Shown: positions 28,663 to 38,979 of the stretch, one piece after another
Position numbering within the stretch: the first letter of the stretch is position 1
Layout: every line of letters starts with the position of its first letter
NCBI GenBank assembly: GCA_047601445.1
Contig: JASGJH010000001.1
Span: 7,584,001 to 7,648,000, forward strand
Reading direction: 5' to 3'
Length of the DNA: 64,000 nucleotides
DNA from: Myxococcales bacterium
GTDB taxonomy: Bacteria; Myxococcota_A; Polyangia; Polyangiales; DASUME01
Position numbers and translations under genes: made by a program
Notes under the pieces: generated by a model
What the model saw: only the letters and a program-made list of their open reading frames with translations
Databases searched by the model: none
What the model was told of the DNA's origin: nothing

Positions 28663-30417
28663 TCAGGGGCCCGAGCACTCCGGCAGGATGCCCAGCAACG
28701 AGAACACGGTGTCGTACAGGTTGCCGCTGTAGCAGTTGCCGTGGTCCCCCGCGGTGAGCAGGGCCATGTCGCTGGCGAACACCGAGAACGGATGGTTGGG
28801 GTCGGGGTTTTGGCCGTTGCCGACCACGATGTTGTCGATGACCTGATTGCCCGTGGCTTCGCTGTCGGCGATGAAGCCTGGCGACATGTCCGGGTCCACG
28901 CTGCAGTCGAAGGGGGTGCCGCTCACGACCACGCAGTAGTCGGCCACGGCGATACCGGTGAAGTCGTGGCCCTCCACGCGGTTACGCTCGAAGCGCGACT
29001 CGTCGGCGCCCACGTGCAGGATGCCGGTGCCCGACGGCACCATCGAGAGGATGGAACCCGGACGCGCCGTGTTGGGCTTGTTGTTGGCCTCGAACACGTT
29101 GTCGCGCACCACGTAGCCGGTGGCGTCCGACCGGTTGTCGAAGATGTCCGGCAAGAACAGTGACGCCAGGCCCACGGAGTTGCCGCGAATCGTGTTGTGG
29201 GCCAGCGTGATGTTGGCGCTGTTGGAGATCTCGAAGCCATTGACGTTGCCCTCCACCACGTTGTGGGTGGCACGCACGTTCTCCGAGGTCTCGATCCAGA
29301 TGCCCGAATCGTCCGCCCCGGAGGCCTTGCTGTGGGTGATGAGCCCGTTGCTGGAGAGGGTGGGGAAGATGCCGTAGTTCTTGTTGCCCACCGACTCGAC
29401 GTCCGCGATGGTGAAACGGTCGACGTGCTCGGTGAAGAGCCCGTTGTTCACGAAGTTCTTGATGGTGATGCCGCTGATCCAGAGCCCGTAGATGGTGGGC
29501 CCGGTGCTCTGCATCATGTGCGGATCGGCGCCCTGGATGAGCGGGAAGGGCGGCGCCATGTCCGTATGGCAGTCCATGCAGCGCGTGCGGTCATCGGGCA
29601 CCGCCACGATGCCGTTGCGTTGGTTGCCGGCGTTCTCCAGCACCACGCGCTTCTTCTTGGTCGAGAGACCTACGATGTGGAGGCCGCTCTTGGTGATGTT
29701 GAGACCGTTCACCGGGTCCGAGATTTCGCGATAGGTGCCGGGCAGGATGAAGATCCAACCACCGGGCTTGGCACGGTCGATGGCCTGTTGGATCGACTTG
29801 CCAGGCCGCACGACTTGCACGGATTTCGGCTTACCCGGATCGGTCTCGATCGGCGGCGGTGGTGGCGGCGGAGGCGGCGGTTCGGTGCCCAGCGGATCGA
29901 GGCCACCGATGTCGGTCGGTCCGGTCACACCCGGGATGGTGCCCACGCGCGTGTACAGCACGTTGCTGCTGCCGATGGCCCAGCCCGGTTGTTTGCCGAG
30001 GCCGATCTCCGTGACGTTGTCGTGTCCACCGCCGTCGCCGTCGGAGTCCTCGAGCTCTACGCAGAAGAAGGCCTCTGCATCCGACACGGTGCCGCTGCCG
30101 TCGATGTCGCAGCTCGCGTTCGACGACGCCATCAAGATGTCCCAGCCGTAGCCATTCCACGGACTTCCGCCGTTCGCGTTGCCATGACAGAGCTGGCAGC
30201 CCGCGTTGTCGCCGGACGGAGAGATCGCGCCGTAGCGCTGTTTCCAGGCTTCGAGCTTGGAGGGGAAGGCGTGCGCTTCGCTCGCGTTGCCGAGCGTTGC
30301 TACCAGAGCAGCCGCAAGGGCGAATGCACCCCGCAAGGTCGCCTGCTGCAAGTGTGGTTTCACTCGCGAAATTGGGCTGAATTCGTGTGATGACGAAGTC
30401 ACTGCGTCACGCGCCAT
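28663..30417 (-). CDS. Secreted right-handed parallel beta-helix protein with two CxxCH haem-binding motifs
   Basis: ATG 30417; AHA-FP cleavage site; CQLCH and CMDCH; SIQQAID..PGTY; GN..YGIFP, DSGIWI repeats. Confidence 0.8.
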   Translation of the reverse strand: MARDAVTSSSHEFSPISRVKPHLQQATLRGAFALAAALVATLGNASEAHAFPSKLEAWKQRYGAISPSGDNAGCQLCHGNANGGSPWNGYGWDILMASSNASCDIDGSGTVSDAEAFFCVELEDSDGDGGGHDNVTEIGLGKQPGWAIGSSNVLYTRVGTIPGVTGPTDIGGLDPLGTEPPPPPPPPPPIETDPGKPKSVQVVRPGKSIQQAIDRAKPGGWIFILPGTYREISDPVNGLNITKSGLHIVGLSTKKKRVVLENAGNQRNGIVAVPDDRTRCMDCHTDMAPPFPLIQGADPHMMQSTGPTIYGLWISGITIKNFVNNGLFTEHVDRFTIADVESVGNKNYGIFPTLSSNGLITHSKASGADDSGIWIETSENVRATHNVVEGNVNGFEISNSANITLAHNTIRGNSVGLASLFLPDIFDNRSDATGYVVRDNVFEANNKPNTARPGSILSMVPSGTGILHVGADESRFERNRVEGHDFTGIAVADYCVVVSGTPFDCSVDPDMSPGFIADSEATGNQVIDNIVVGNGQNPDPNHPFSVFASDMALLTAGDHGNCYSGNLYDTVFSLLGILPECSGP

Positions 30418-30832
30418 GGAGGCACCTCGTGTGAGTTCGGGAGATGGCCTATCTAAGCGGAACTCACTTCGAGCGTCCCAAGAATTGAGCGCTTCACCCT
30501 CACTTAGGTACGCCAAGGTGGCAAGCACGCGCGAACGCGGCCAGAAGGTCTGCCTGCACGGAGCCTCGAGAGCGCGCGCAAAAACCGGGCATTCTTCGCG
30601 CTGCATCTCGCACGAACGGCGTTCAGTTTAAAGACGCTCTGTATCCTGCGCGCTCTCGGGGTGACAGCGAGCGGCTACAACCCGTGTGGTCGTGGCCTGT
30701 GCCACCTTCGGTGCGCGCGAGAAGAGCGTGGTCGATTGCGACGGGCGCTACAGGGAGGCCGACGACGAACGTCGCTTTCGAGGTCGAGTGCTTCAGCCCC
30801 AAGCTCGACGGCTGCAAGCGCCCGACGAAGCG

Positions 30833-31312
30833 CTAGCTTGCCGGTCGTTCCGCTCTTGCGGGTTCCAGGATGACCACGGGGATCGGACGGTCCGTGCGTT
30901 CCTGGTAGTTGGCGTAGCCCTTGTACATGGCCACCAGCAGAGGCCAATAGTGGGCCTTCTCCTGCTCGTTGGCGGTGCGCGCGAGCATCGGCAACTTCTC
31001 GGCACCCAGCTCGACCTCGACGCGCGGCTGATCGCTCAGGTTGAGGTACCAGGCCGGGTGCGACGGGAAGCCGCCCTTGGACGCCACGATGACGTAGCGT
31101 TCGCCGTCGCGCAGGTAGAGCAGGGGAGTGGTGCGCGCTTGGCCCGACTTTCGACCGGTGGTGGTGAGCAACAGGATGGGGGCGCCCTGCATGCTGCCGC
31201 CCAGTTTGCCCTTGGTGGCGCGAAAGAGCTTGGTGTTGAGTCCACCGTAATAGCGACCGAAGAACTCGATGGCCTTCTTCTCGAAGCTGCTGAGCGGGGT
31301 CTTGGTGGGCAT
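30833..31312 (-). CDS. Deazaflavin (F420)-dependent nitroreductase family protein (Ddn-like)
   Basis: LLLTTTGRKSGQARTTPL, VASKGG..HPAWYLNL, YQERTDRPIPVVIL. Confidence 0.9.
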   Translation of the reverse strand: MPTKTPLSSFEKKAIEFFGRYYGGLNTKLFRATKGKLGGSMQGAPILLLTTTGRKSGQARTTPLLYLRDGERYVIVASKGGFPSHPAWYLNLSDQPRVEVELGAEKLPMLARTANEQEKAHYWPLLVAMYKGYANYQERTDRPIPVVILEPARAERPAS

Positions 31313-31321
31313 GCCTGGCTC

Positions 31322-32188
31322 CTAACTCTGAGAGAGCAATCCGCGCAGTTGATCGGGGGCGACTTGATAGTCCGCGCCGCAGTAGTCGCAGGCGATGTCG
31401 AGCACTTCACCGTCGTTGATGAAGCCCTGGATGTCGGCGACGGGCAACGTGGCCAGGCCCGCCAACACGGAGGCCTGGCTGCAAGGGCAGTGGAAGCGCA
31501 CGTCCCGCGTCTCCACGCGCGAGAAGGGAACGCGGTAGAGGATCTCTTCGAGCAAGGCATCGGGATCGAACACGTCGGCGTCGACGAAGCGGGTGATGTC
31601 GCTGAAGTCGAGGGCCAAGCGTTCCGTCATCACGGCCACGGTGTCGTGATCGGCGCCGGGTAGGAGCTGCACCACGTAGCCTCCGGCGGAGCGCACGGTG
31701 CCCGCGTCGTTGAACAGCGTGGCCGCGCCCATCACCGTGACGATTTGCTCCGAGTCCTGCATGTAGGCCATCAGCGCGCCCGTGATGCCGCCGCGTTCGG
31801 GCACGCGCACCACGCCGCGGTGCACCGAGCCGTTCGGCAGCGTGCGCATGAACTGCATCACGGCGTCCCCGCCCAGCTCGATCTCGTTCTCGCCCGCCTT
31901 GAGATTCACCAGACCGCGCGTACCGCCGTCCGGGAAGGAATCGCCGATCAACGTGCAGCCACCGTGCGCCCCGCGCACCACGCCCTGCACGCGCAGCTGA
32001 GGCGCCATAGTCTCGCGAACCAACACCGTCCCCGTGAGCAGATCTCCGAAGTGACGGGCGGTCTCGCCGCTCGCGCCCTGTTTTTGCACCGCCTCACGGC
32101 AAAGCCCCGTGGTGCGCGCAGTCAGCACGCGGAAGGAGCCGTCGTCGGTGAGGGCACGAATCACGAGATCGGGGGCGTACGAAGCCAT
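31322..32188 (-). CDS. hslO: Redox-regulated chaperone Hsp33
   Basis: YMQDSEQ, AGGYVVQLLPGA, zinc motif CPCS..CDYC. Confidence 0.9.
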   Translation of the reverse strand: MASYAPDLVIRALTDDGSFRVLTARTTGLCREAVQKQGASGETARHFGDLLTGTVLVRETMAPQLRVQGVVRGAHGGCTLIGDSFPDGGTRGLVNLKAGENEIELGGDAVMQFMRTLPNGSVHRGVVRVPERGGITGALMAYMQDSEQIVTVMGAATLFNDAGTVRSAGGYVVQLLPGADHDTVAVMTERLALDFSDITRFVDADVFDPDALLEEILYRVPFSRVETRDVRFHCPCSQASVLAGLATLPVADIQGFINDGEVLDIACDYCGADYQVAPDQLRGLLSQS

Positions 32189-32367
32189 GGGGCTTCAGTC
32201 TGGTCCCGTGGCCCACCGTGGGCAAGCGCCAGAAACAAGGCATTTCGTGAGCGAAGCGGTCCTCGACGGGAGGTGGGGCGCGTGCGGGCGCCGTCGAGGC
32301 GTCGCCGTGGGCCCTTGCAGAGCTCGGCTCCTGGGGCACGCTCGGCGCTGGGCCTTTCGAAGAACGG

Positions 32368-33529
32368 GTGCGGGTGTTGGCGCAGCGAATCTCGGTCTAC
32401 GTGCACTTTCCATGGTGTTTGAGGAAGTGCCCCTATTGCGACTTCGCCACCTCGCCGCGCGAACGGGCCGCCATCGACCACCGTGGTTACGCCGACGCCG
32501 TGCTGGCCGAGCTCGCGTTTCGCGCACCCGTCCTGGCCGGGGCGGAGCTCTACTCCGTGTTCTTCGGCGGGGGCACGCCTTCGCTGTGGGAGCCCTCCGA
32601 GCTCGGCCGGGTCCTGGCGGGCATTCGCGGCGCCTTCGGAACCGAGCACTCCGGGTGCGAGATCACGGTCGAATGCAACCCGAGCTCACTCGACCGGGAG
32701 CGCGCACGGGCACTGCGGGAGGTGGGCGTGAACCGGCTCTCGGTGGGCGTGCAGTCCTTGGACGACCAGGAGCTCGTCTTCCTGGGACGCCTGCACAATC
32801 GTGAGCTTGCGCTGGCGGCCATCGAGGGCGCCCAGGCGAGCTTCGAGCGCGTCAGCGCAGATCTCGATGTTCGCGTTGCCCGAGCAGCCCGTCGAACGCT
32901 TCCTCGGCTATCTCGACACCCTGCTCGGCATGGGCCTGGAGCACGTGTCCGCGTACGCGTTGACCATCGAGGCCGCCACGCCCTTCGGTGAGCGCGCTCG
33001 CAAAAAGTTGCTGCGGCCTGCCCCTGACGAGGCCTACGCCACCATGTTCGAGCGCATCCAGGAGCGCTTCGTGCGCGCTGGCTTCGGACAATACGAAGTC
33101 TCCAACTACGCCCGTCCCGGTCAGGAGAGCCGGCACAATCAGCACTACTGGCGCGGCGGCTCGTACCTCGGGCTCGGGGCGGCGGCCGTGGGCTGCCTGC
33201 ACGGCGGAAACGGCGGTCGTCGCTATCGAAACCATCCGGACGCCGAACGCTATGCCCAGCGTTGCACGGGCGCGGAGGTGGAGGTTTTCGACGAGGAGCT
33301 CTCCGCCGAGGACGTGATCCGCGAGGCGCTGATGCTGGGGCTCAGGACGCACGAGGGAGTGGACCTGGCCGCGCTCGAGCAGCGAGTCGGGTGTGATCCC
33401 AGGCGCGGGCGTGAGGCCGCCATCGCCAAGCACGTCGCGCGCGGGCAGCTGAGTGTGGAGCAGGGCGTGATGCGCGTGCCGGCCTCACGTTGGCTGCTGC
33501 TGGACGGCATCGTGGCCGACCTCTTCTGA
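32368..33529 (+). CDS. hemW: Radical SAM haem chaperone HemW (HemN-like); frameshift at ~32865
   Basis: YVHFPWCLRKCPYCDF, GGGTPS, YEVSNY, HNQHYW; removing one base restores SADLMFALPEQ. Confidence 0.9.
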
Positions 33530-33536
33530 GCGCGGC

Positions 33537-34517
33537 TTACGGGCACGCGTTCGGCGCGCCGGGCGTAGGCGTCTCGAGCTGAAAATCGAGGGCATTGTCG
33601 TCGCTGTCGAAGGCATCGGGGCAGCGTCCGTGGGCCAGCTCTGCTTCGTCGGCTGGGCTCGGGTCGCCTTCGCCCGTGCCTGGCAGCGCGCCCTCGTAGG
33701 CGAAGCCGTCGAGTACGCGTTCGCCGCTCACCAGCCGCACCCCGTCGGGCCCGTTCTGCAAGCCGAGCGTCTTCAGCGACACGCTCGCCACTCCCTTGGG
33801 CAGGTTGGCGAGCAACGGAGGATCCGCGACCACCAGGCGCGCGTGGGGGGCCAGGCTCTTGCCCGCCTCCAGCAACGGGTAGCTGGCGTAGACCTTGCCA
33901 TCGCTGCCGTTCACGAGCTCCAGATTCACTGAGCTCAAGTCGGCCGGGCAGTCGGCGGTGTTCACCACCTCGACGAATTCGGCGTCGTCGCTGCTCGGTT
34001 GGTCGTAGTCCACTTCGTTGATGCGCAACCCAGTCAGGCACGGGTCGGCGCCGCCTGCGTCAGCCTGGCCGGCGAGGTCGAGCTGCACGCTCACGGAGCC
34101 ACGCTCGTTGCTGACTCGAGTCCCGTCGGCGAGCTCGAAGCGCAGCGCGATCTGGGTGGCCATGCCCGCCTCCACCAACAGCGGCGCCGGGTTCGCGCTC
34201 AAGAGCGTGGCGGTCACGCTGGCCGCCTCGGGATCATCCGCGCGCACCAGGCGATAACCTGCGAGCAATTCCAGGGTGTAGCTGCCCGGCATGAGCTCGA
34301 CCTCGACCTGAGGCTCCTCACCGCTGGCGAAGCCCTTGGACTCCGGCCCCGTGAGCGCGAAGCGCGCGTCGGTGAGGCGATAAGTGATGCCGCCGGACTG
34401 GCTGGTGAGGGCCAGGTTCAGGCTGCCGACTCCGCCGTGGGAGGCGGCGTCGACGCTGCACGCGGTGAGCAGCAGACATGCGAATGCAGGAGAGAGAAGA
34501 CGTTCGAGGCAGGACAT
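33537..34517 (-). CDS. Lipoprotein with a lamin-tail-like domain
   Basis: ATG 34517; lipobox LTAC; INEVDYD..EFVE, LQNGPDGVRL, D.DDNALDF..TPGAPN. Confidence 0.8.
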   Translation of the reverse strand: MSCLERLLSPAFACLLLTACSVDAASHGGVGSLNLALTSQSGGITYRLTDARFALTGPESKGFASGEEPQVEVELMPGSYTLELLAGYRLVRADDPEAASVTATLLSANPAPLLVEAGMATQIALRFELADGTRVSNERGSVSVQLDLAGQADAGGADPCLTGLRINEVDYDQPSSDDAEFVEVVNTADCPADLSSVNLELVNGSDGKVYASYPLLEAGKSLAPHARLVVADPPLLANLPKGVASVSLKTLGLQNGPDGVRLVSGERVLDGFAYEGALPGTGEGDPSPADEAELAHGRCPDAFDSDDNALDFQLETPTPGAPNACP

Positions 34518-34797
34518 GGCGGGCTCCAGGTGAGGAATTGATCGAGATGCGTATGCGCCCGTGGGCGACAGAGAACCTCGCGGCGGGGTGGGTGGCAGCG
34601 CGGCCTTGGCGCGCTGGACAGGGAGGGCGCGTACCTTCCCCGCACACAGATGCGTGAGACCCGAGCAACCCACGCACCAGCCCGCATGAACCAGGTCCCG
34701 CACGCTTGGATGCACCCGCCTGACGGTCGGTGTCGCGGAGCCCGCCGGGCCGCCAGGTTTGCCCGACCCGCGCGGCCTTCGTGCTAGCCTCGGCGGC

Positions 34798-35457
34798 GTG
34801 TCGTTCGATTTCACCCGCGTGCGGGCCCAGGCCATCGTGAAGATGTTCGGGGCCACGCGCGCCCTGGCCGGGGTGGACCTCACGCTCGAGGCAGGTCGCG
34901 TGACGGTGATCGAAGGGCCGAACGGCGCGGGCAAGAGCACCCTGCTCGACATCCTCTCGCTCTTGAGCCGACCCACGCGGGGCAGCCTGCTGTTCGGTGA
35001 GCGGGACGCGTGGCGCGAGCGCGACAGCCTGCGACGCTCCCTGGGCGTACTCGGACACGCGGCCATGCTCTATCCGGAGCTGAGCGGACGCGAGAACCTC
35101 GAGTTCTTCGCGCACCTGTACCAGGTGGAGCCGCGGCGCGTGAGCGAGCTCGCGGAACGCTTCGAGGTGGCCGGTTATTGGGAGCGTCAGGCCCGCACCT
35201 ACTCGCGCGGCCAGCTGCAGCGCGTGGCGCTCGCCCGAGCGCTTCTGCATCGACCGCGCCTGATTCTGCTCGACGAACCCAGCGCTGGTCTCGATGCCCG
35301 GTCGCTCGAACAGCTGGTTGAAGCCGTGAAGGTAGAGCGCACCCGCGGCGCCATCGTGGCGCTCATCACCCACGACACGGCGCTCGGCGATCAGCTCGCC
35401 GACGAGCGCATTCGCCTCAGCCGCGGTCGCATCAACATCGAGGGAGCGCGCGCATGA
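34798..35457 (+). CDS. ccmA: Haem ABC exporter ATP-binding protein CcmA
   Basis: GPNGAGKST, YSRGQLQR, LLDEP; coupled to ccmB. Confidence 0.85.
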   Translation: MSFDFTRVRAQAIVKMFGATRALAGVDLTLEAGRVTVIEGPNGAGKSTLLDILSLLSRPTRGSLLFGERDAWRERDSLRRSLGVLGHAAMLYPELSGRENLEFFAHLYQVEPRRVSELAERFEVAGYWERQARTYSRGQLQRVALARALLHRPRLILLDEPSAGLDARSLEQLVEAVKVERTRGAIVALITHDTALGDQLADERIRLSRGRINIEGARA

Positions 35458-36131
35458 GCATGCTCGCCGCGATCTGGTCGGTCTTCCGCAAGGACCTCAA
35501 GCTCGAGCTGCGCACGGGTGAGATCCTGGTGAGCACCAGCTTCTTCTCCATGCTGGTGGCCGTGATGACCTCGCTCTCGTTCTATCTGGACGACGTCACC
35601 GCCCGCAAGATCGCCCCCGGCGTGCTGTGGATCAGCATCGCCTTCTCGGGCGTGTTGGCAATGGGGCGCAGCTGGTCCCGCGAGCGTGAGCACGACGTGG
35701 TGCGCGGACTCTTGCTCTCGCCGTTGCCGCGTCCAGCCATCTTCCTGGGCAAGGCTCTGGGCGTGTTCAGCTTCCTGTTGATGGTGGAGCTCTTGCTCGT
35801 GCCGCTGGTGGCCGTGCTGTATCGCTTCGAGATGGCGATGGCGTTCGGACCCGTGCTGCTCCTGGTGGTGCTCGGGAGCGTCGGTTTCGCCGCCGCGGGC
35901 ACCTTGTTCGCGGCCATGGGCGTGCGCACGCGGACCAAGGAGTTGGTGCTCAGCGTGGTGCTGTTCCCGCTGATCTCGCCCGCGCTGCTCTCGGGCGTGG
36001 TGGCCACGCGCGAGCTCCTGGGCGGGGCGGCCTTCAGCGAGGTAATGGACTGGGTGCGCGTGCTCCTGGCGTTCGACCTGATCTTCGTGTCCTTGGGGGC
36101 CCTCTTGTTCGGGCCCCTGGTCAGCGAGTGA
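35454..36131 (+). CDS. ccmB: Haem exporter permease CcmB
   Basis: KDLKLELR, APGVLW, IFLGK, LFPLISP. Confidence 0.9.
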   Translation: MSMLAAIWSVFRKDLKLELRTGEILVSTSFFSMLVAVMTSLSFYLDDVTARKIAPGVLWISIAFSGVLAMGRSWSREREHDVVRGLLLSPLPRPAIFLGKALGVFSFLLMVELLLVPLVAVLYRFEMAMAFGPVLLLVVLGSVGFAAAGTLFAAMGVRTRTKELVLSVVLFPLISPALLSGVVATRELLGGAAFSEVMDWVRVLLAFDLIFVSLGALLFGPLVSE

Positions 36132-36149
36132 GCGCCGCACGCGCGCCCT

Positions 36150-36638
36150 TCAGGCGTGAATGGTGCCCCGACTGGGATCGCCGCGCTGCACCGAGTTCGC
36201 GTGCACGGCACAGGTCTGGCTCTCGCAGACGTGACCGCGCCCCGTAAGCCGCAGTCGATTCTCCGCGAACCACTCGTAGCCCTTGTCGAACACGGTGCGC
36301 AGCATGGGCCAGCCCGTGGGTGCCATCAGGAAGCCGAGCCCGAGCGCCGAGTAGCAGCGCCGAAAGGCCTCCATGCCAGTGACGGCTTCGCCATTGGGCA
36401 AGATGGCGTGGATGTGCCCCATCACCTCTTGCTTGGTGAGCCCGTAGCGACTGGCGTCGAAGCCGGGCGCCGAGATGTCCTCGAAGACGAGATTCCCGTG
36501 ATTGTTGAAGCGACTCATCATGCGGATTTCGCGCGAGCACAGCGGACATGCCGCGTCGTAGAGCAGCGTGATGCGCTCGGAGCCGGTCGCTGACGTCGAG
36601 GCGTTGTCGAGGCGAGCGTGGGATACGGTCGAACCCAT
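36150..36638 (-). CDS. DUF393/DCC family thiol-disulfide oxidoreductase
   Basis: LLYDAACPLC, YEWFAENR; RBS AGGAGG. Confidence 0.88.
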   Translation of the reverse strand: MGSTVSHARLDNASTSATGSERITLLYDAACPLCSREIRMMSRFNNHGNLVFEDISAPGFDASRYGLTKQEVMGHIHAILPNGEAVTGMEAFRRCYSALGLGFLMAPTGWPMLRTVFDKGYEWFAENRLRLTGRGHVCESQTCAVHANSVQRGDPSRGTIHA

Positions 36639-36870
36639 GGCGTTCCTCCTACCAACAAATTTACTCCACTCTGGCTTGCGCGCCCGAGGGCGCGCTTCGA
36701 CATCTACCCGTACTCGCATGAGGTGGGCACTCCAAAATGGCAGGCTAGAGCAAACGCCGCTGCACATCGGAGCACCGCATCCGCACGCTTCGCCCATGAT
36801 CGCGTGTACGATCACGCCGAGAGTGGAACTACAGCAGCTTCGCCAGCGTACTTGCAGGTGTAGTGCTTTT

Positions 36871-37908
36871 TCAGGTTTGGCCCAGGTCGAGGAGCTGGGC
36901 GCAGTAGAGACCGACGCATTCGCTCGGCGTCGAGCTGGCGATGACCTCTTGCATGGCGCGCACGTACTGCGAATGCAGTGCCTTGAGGCGCGCCAGATCG
37001 GCGCGCGAGACCGCGAACACACTGTAGCCGTAGGTGCCCGGAGCCTTTGCGCGCAGACGTTCCAGCGCGGTCTCCGTCCACATGGCTTTGAGCGCGAGCG
37101 CTCGCTCGGGTTCACGGCTGGTGTCCACCGCGATCACCTGGCGCGGGCGGTATCCGCGTCGCTTCTCGACTTGCCCCGTTCGCAGCAAGACATCCAACGC
37201 GCTTCGAACTTGGCCCTCATCGAGGCTCAGCTTCGCCGCCATCCAGGGGATCTGCTGGTCGACTCGTGCCGGCCGATCCGCGAGCTCGAGCGCGCGCAGC
37301 ACCGCGTGCGACCAGGGATGCGCGTACGCTGATTCGCGCGCCAGCTGCAGTTCGTTCCACCGGTCACGCGCGGACGGGAGCTCGGCCGGGTCCACGAACG
37401 CTCCAGCCAAGTCGAGCACGCGCCGACTCGAGGCCTCCACCAGGCGCAAGAACTCGGGGAGCTTGGGCTGCGCGCCGCCGTCGAGCCAGCGCGCCACGCT
37501 GAAGCGGCTCTCGTGCGTGAGCTCCGCGAGGCGCACGATGGGTGTCTTGCCCTTGAGGTGCGTCAGGAACATCGCGACCGCCTCAGGACTCGCGGGATGG
37601 CAGGTGCGCGCCCAATCCGGCAGTGCGGAGTCGCCAAAGAAGCTGCGCAGCCAGCTCGGGTGTCCGGGCCGCATGCGCTGATGGATCTCGAGGAAGCGCG
37701 CCGCGGTGGGCCAGCACTCGGCCTTCTCCCAGCGCTGCGCGATGTTGCTCCGATAGCCGATGCGCTTGCTGAACTCGGCGCACGAACGGCGTCCGCGCAG
37801 GGAGCGAAGTAGCTCACGCGCCAGCCTCTCGAAGTCCACGCGCGGCGTCCGCGAGGAGGGCTTCACCCCGTCTTCTGTAGATCGAAATATGCCGATGGTT
37901 CGTGCCAT
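36871..37908 (-). CDS. XRE-type HTH / DUF4423-like regulator (start uncertain)
   Basis: LRSLRGRRS..FSKRIGYRSNIAQRWE; second HTH; C-terminal YSVFAVSRADL. Confidence 0.75.
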   Translation of the reverse strand: MARTIGIFRSTEDGVKPSSRTPRVDFERLARELLRSLRGRRSCAEFSKRIGYRSNIAQRWEKAECWPTAARFLEIHQRMRPGHPSWLRSFFGDSALPDWARTCHPASPEAVAMFLTHLKGKTPIVRLAELTHESRFSVARWLDGGAQPKLPEFLRLVEASSRRVLDLAGAFVDPAELPSARDRWNELQLARESAYAHPWSHAVLRALELADRPARVDQQIPWMAAKLSLDEGQVRSALDVLLRTGQVEKRRGYRPRQVIAVDTSREPERALALKAMWTETALERLRAKAPGTYGYSVFAVSRADLARLKALHSQYVRAMQEVIASSTPSECVGLYCAQLLDLGQT

Positions 37909-37986
37909 TCATTGCATGATTCGCACATCCATGTGGACATCGTCCAATCCAATGTTCGAAACGTGCATTGTGGTGGCCGCGACCGC

Positions 37987-38955
37987 ATGGCAACTAGAGT
38001 CATGGAAATCATGCGAACCCTTACAGCTCCCCATGTTCTAGGCTTCGCCTCGCTCGTTGCGCTCTCGGCGTGCAACGACTCGAGCGGGGATCCGAGCACC
38101 CAAACCATGAGCAGCTCGCTCTGCCCCACGTGTGCGCCGAGTGCAGGCGGCGAGACGGCGGACTTTCCGAGCAGCATTGGCGAGCCGCCCTGCCACGGCT
38201 TCGAGTTGCAGGTGCCGATCTCAGCGGAGGAGGCGCGCAGCTTGGGAGTCGTTGACCCGGAACGCATCGAGCGCGTCACCAAGCCCATCGACGCGCCCTT
38301 TTCATGGACCCTGTTCGAGCCCAACGAATACGTGCCTCATCCCTTCACGCGCGTACTCGGCGGCTTTGCGAGCTCCACGACTCTCCATCTGCGCACCACC
38401 ATCGTGGCCTATCGACAGCTCTCCCCCGACCCCGCGCACTGCACGGATTCGAACTGCCACGACAACCCCGGCGACAAGTTCGACTACGACTTCGACTTCG
38501 ACACCAAGCGAGAATGCAATGGCGTCGCGCTGGATTTGCAGACTACCGTCGATACGGACGATGGAGCGGTGCATGGAGTCGTGACATCGACCATGAGTAT
38601 CCGGCCTGGCTTGGCGAGCGAAGACGGCGTGTACGCCGAAGCCAGCCTTCAAGATGTGACTGGCTCGCTCGATCTAGCCAGCAGCGATGCACCGCCCGTC
38701 CGAGGCTACTTGGGGCTTCGCATGAAGGTCGGCGATAACGGGATTACCGGAGCGGTAGGCCTTGCCCTCGTGTACGATGTCATCTCCGAAACAGTCGTTG
38801 CGCCGGATGGCGGGCCTTCTCCGTCGCATCAGCGCGAGGCGCCGATCTGGGGTGAATTCATCGTAGGACCCAGGACCGATCACTGGTTCGACGGGAGCGT
38901 CTTGTTGGGCGACTCCTTTCTACCTTTTTCGGATCCTGCTGCCGCGAAGCCCTGA
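37987..38955 (+). CDS. Hypothetical lipoprotein
   Basis: Lipobox LSAC; divergent from the DUF4423-like regulator. Confidence 0.65.
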   Translation: MATRVMEIMRTLTAPHVLGFASLVALSACNDSSGDPSTQTMSSSLCPTCAPSAGGETADFPSSIGEPPCHGFELQVPISAEEARSLGVVDPERIERVTKPIDAPFSWTLFEPNEYVPHPFTRVLGGFASSTTLHLRTTIVAYRQLSPDPAHCTDSNCHDNPGDKFDYDFDFDTKRECNGVALDLQTTVDTDDGAVHGVVTSTMSIRPGLASEDGVYAEASLQDVTGSLDLASSDAPPVRGYLGLRMKVGDNGITGAVGLALVYDVISETVVAPDGGPSPSHQREAPIWGEFIVGPRTDHWFDGSVLLGDSFLPFSDPAAAKP

Positions 38956-38979
38956 GCGATTCGCCGACACCTGCTCCGT

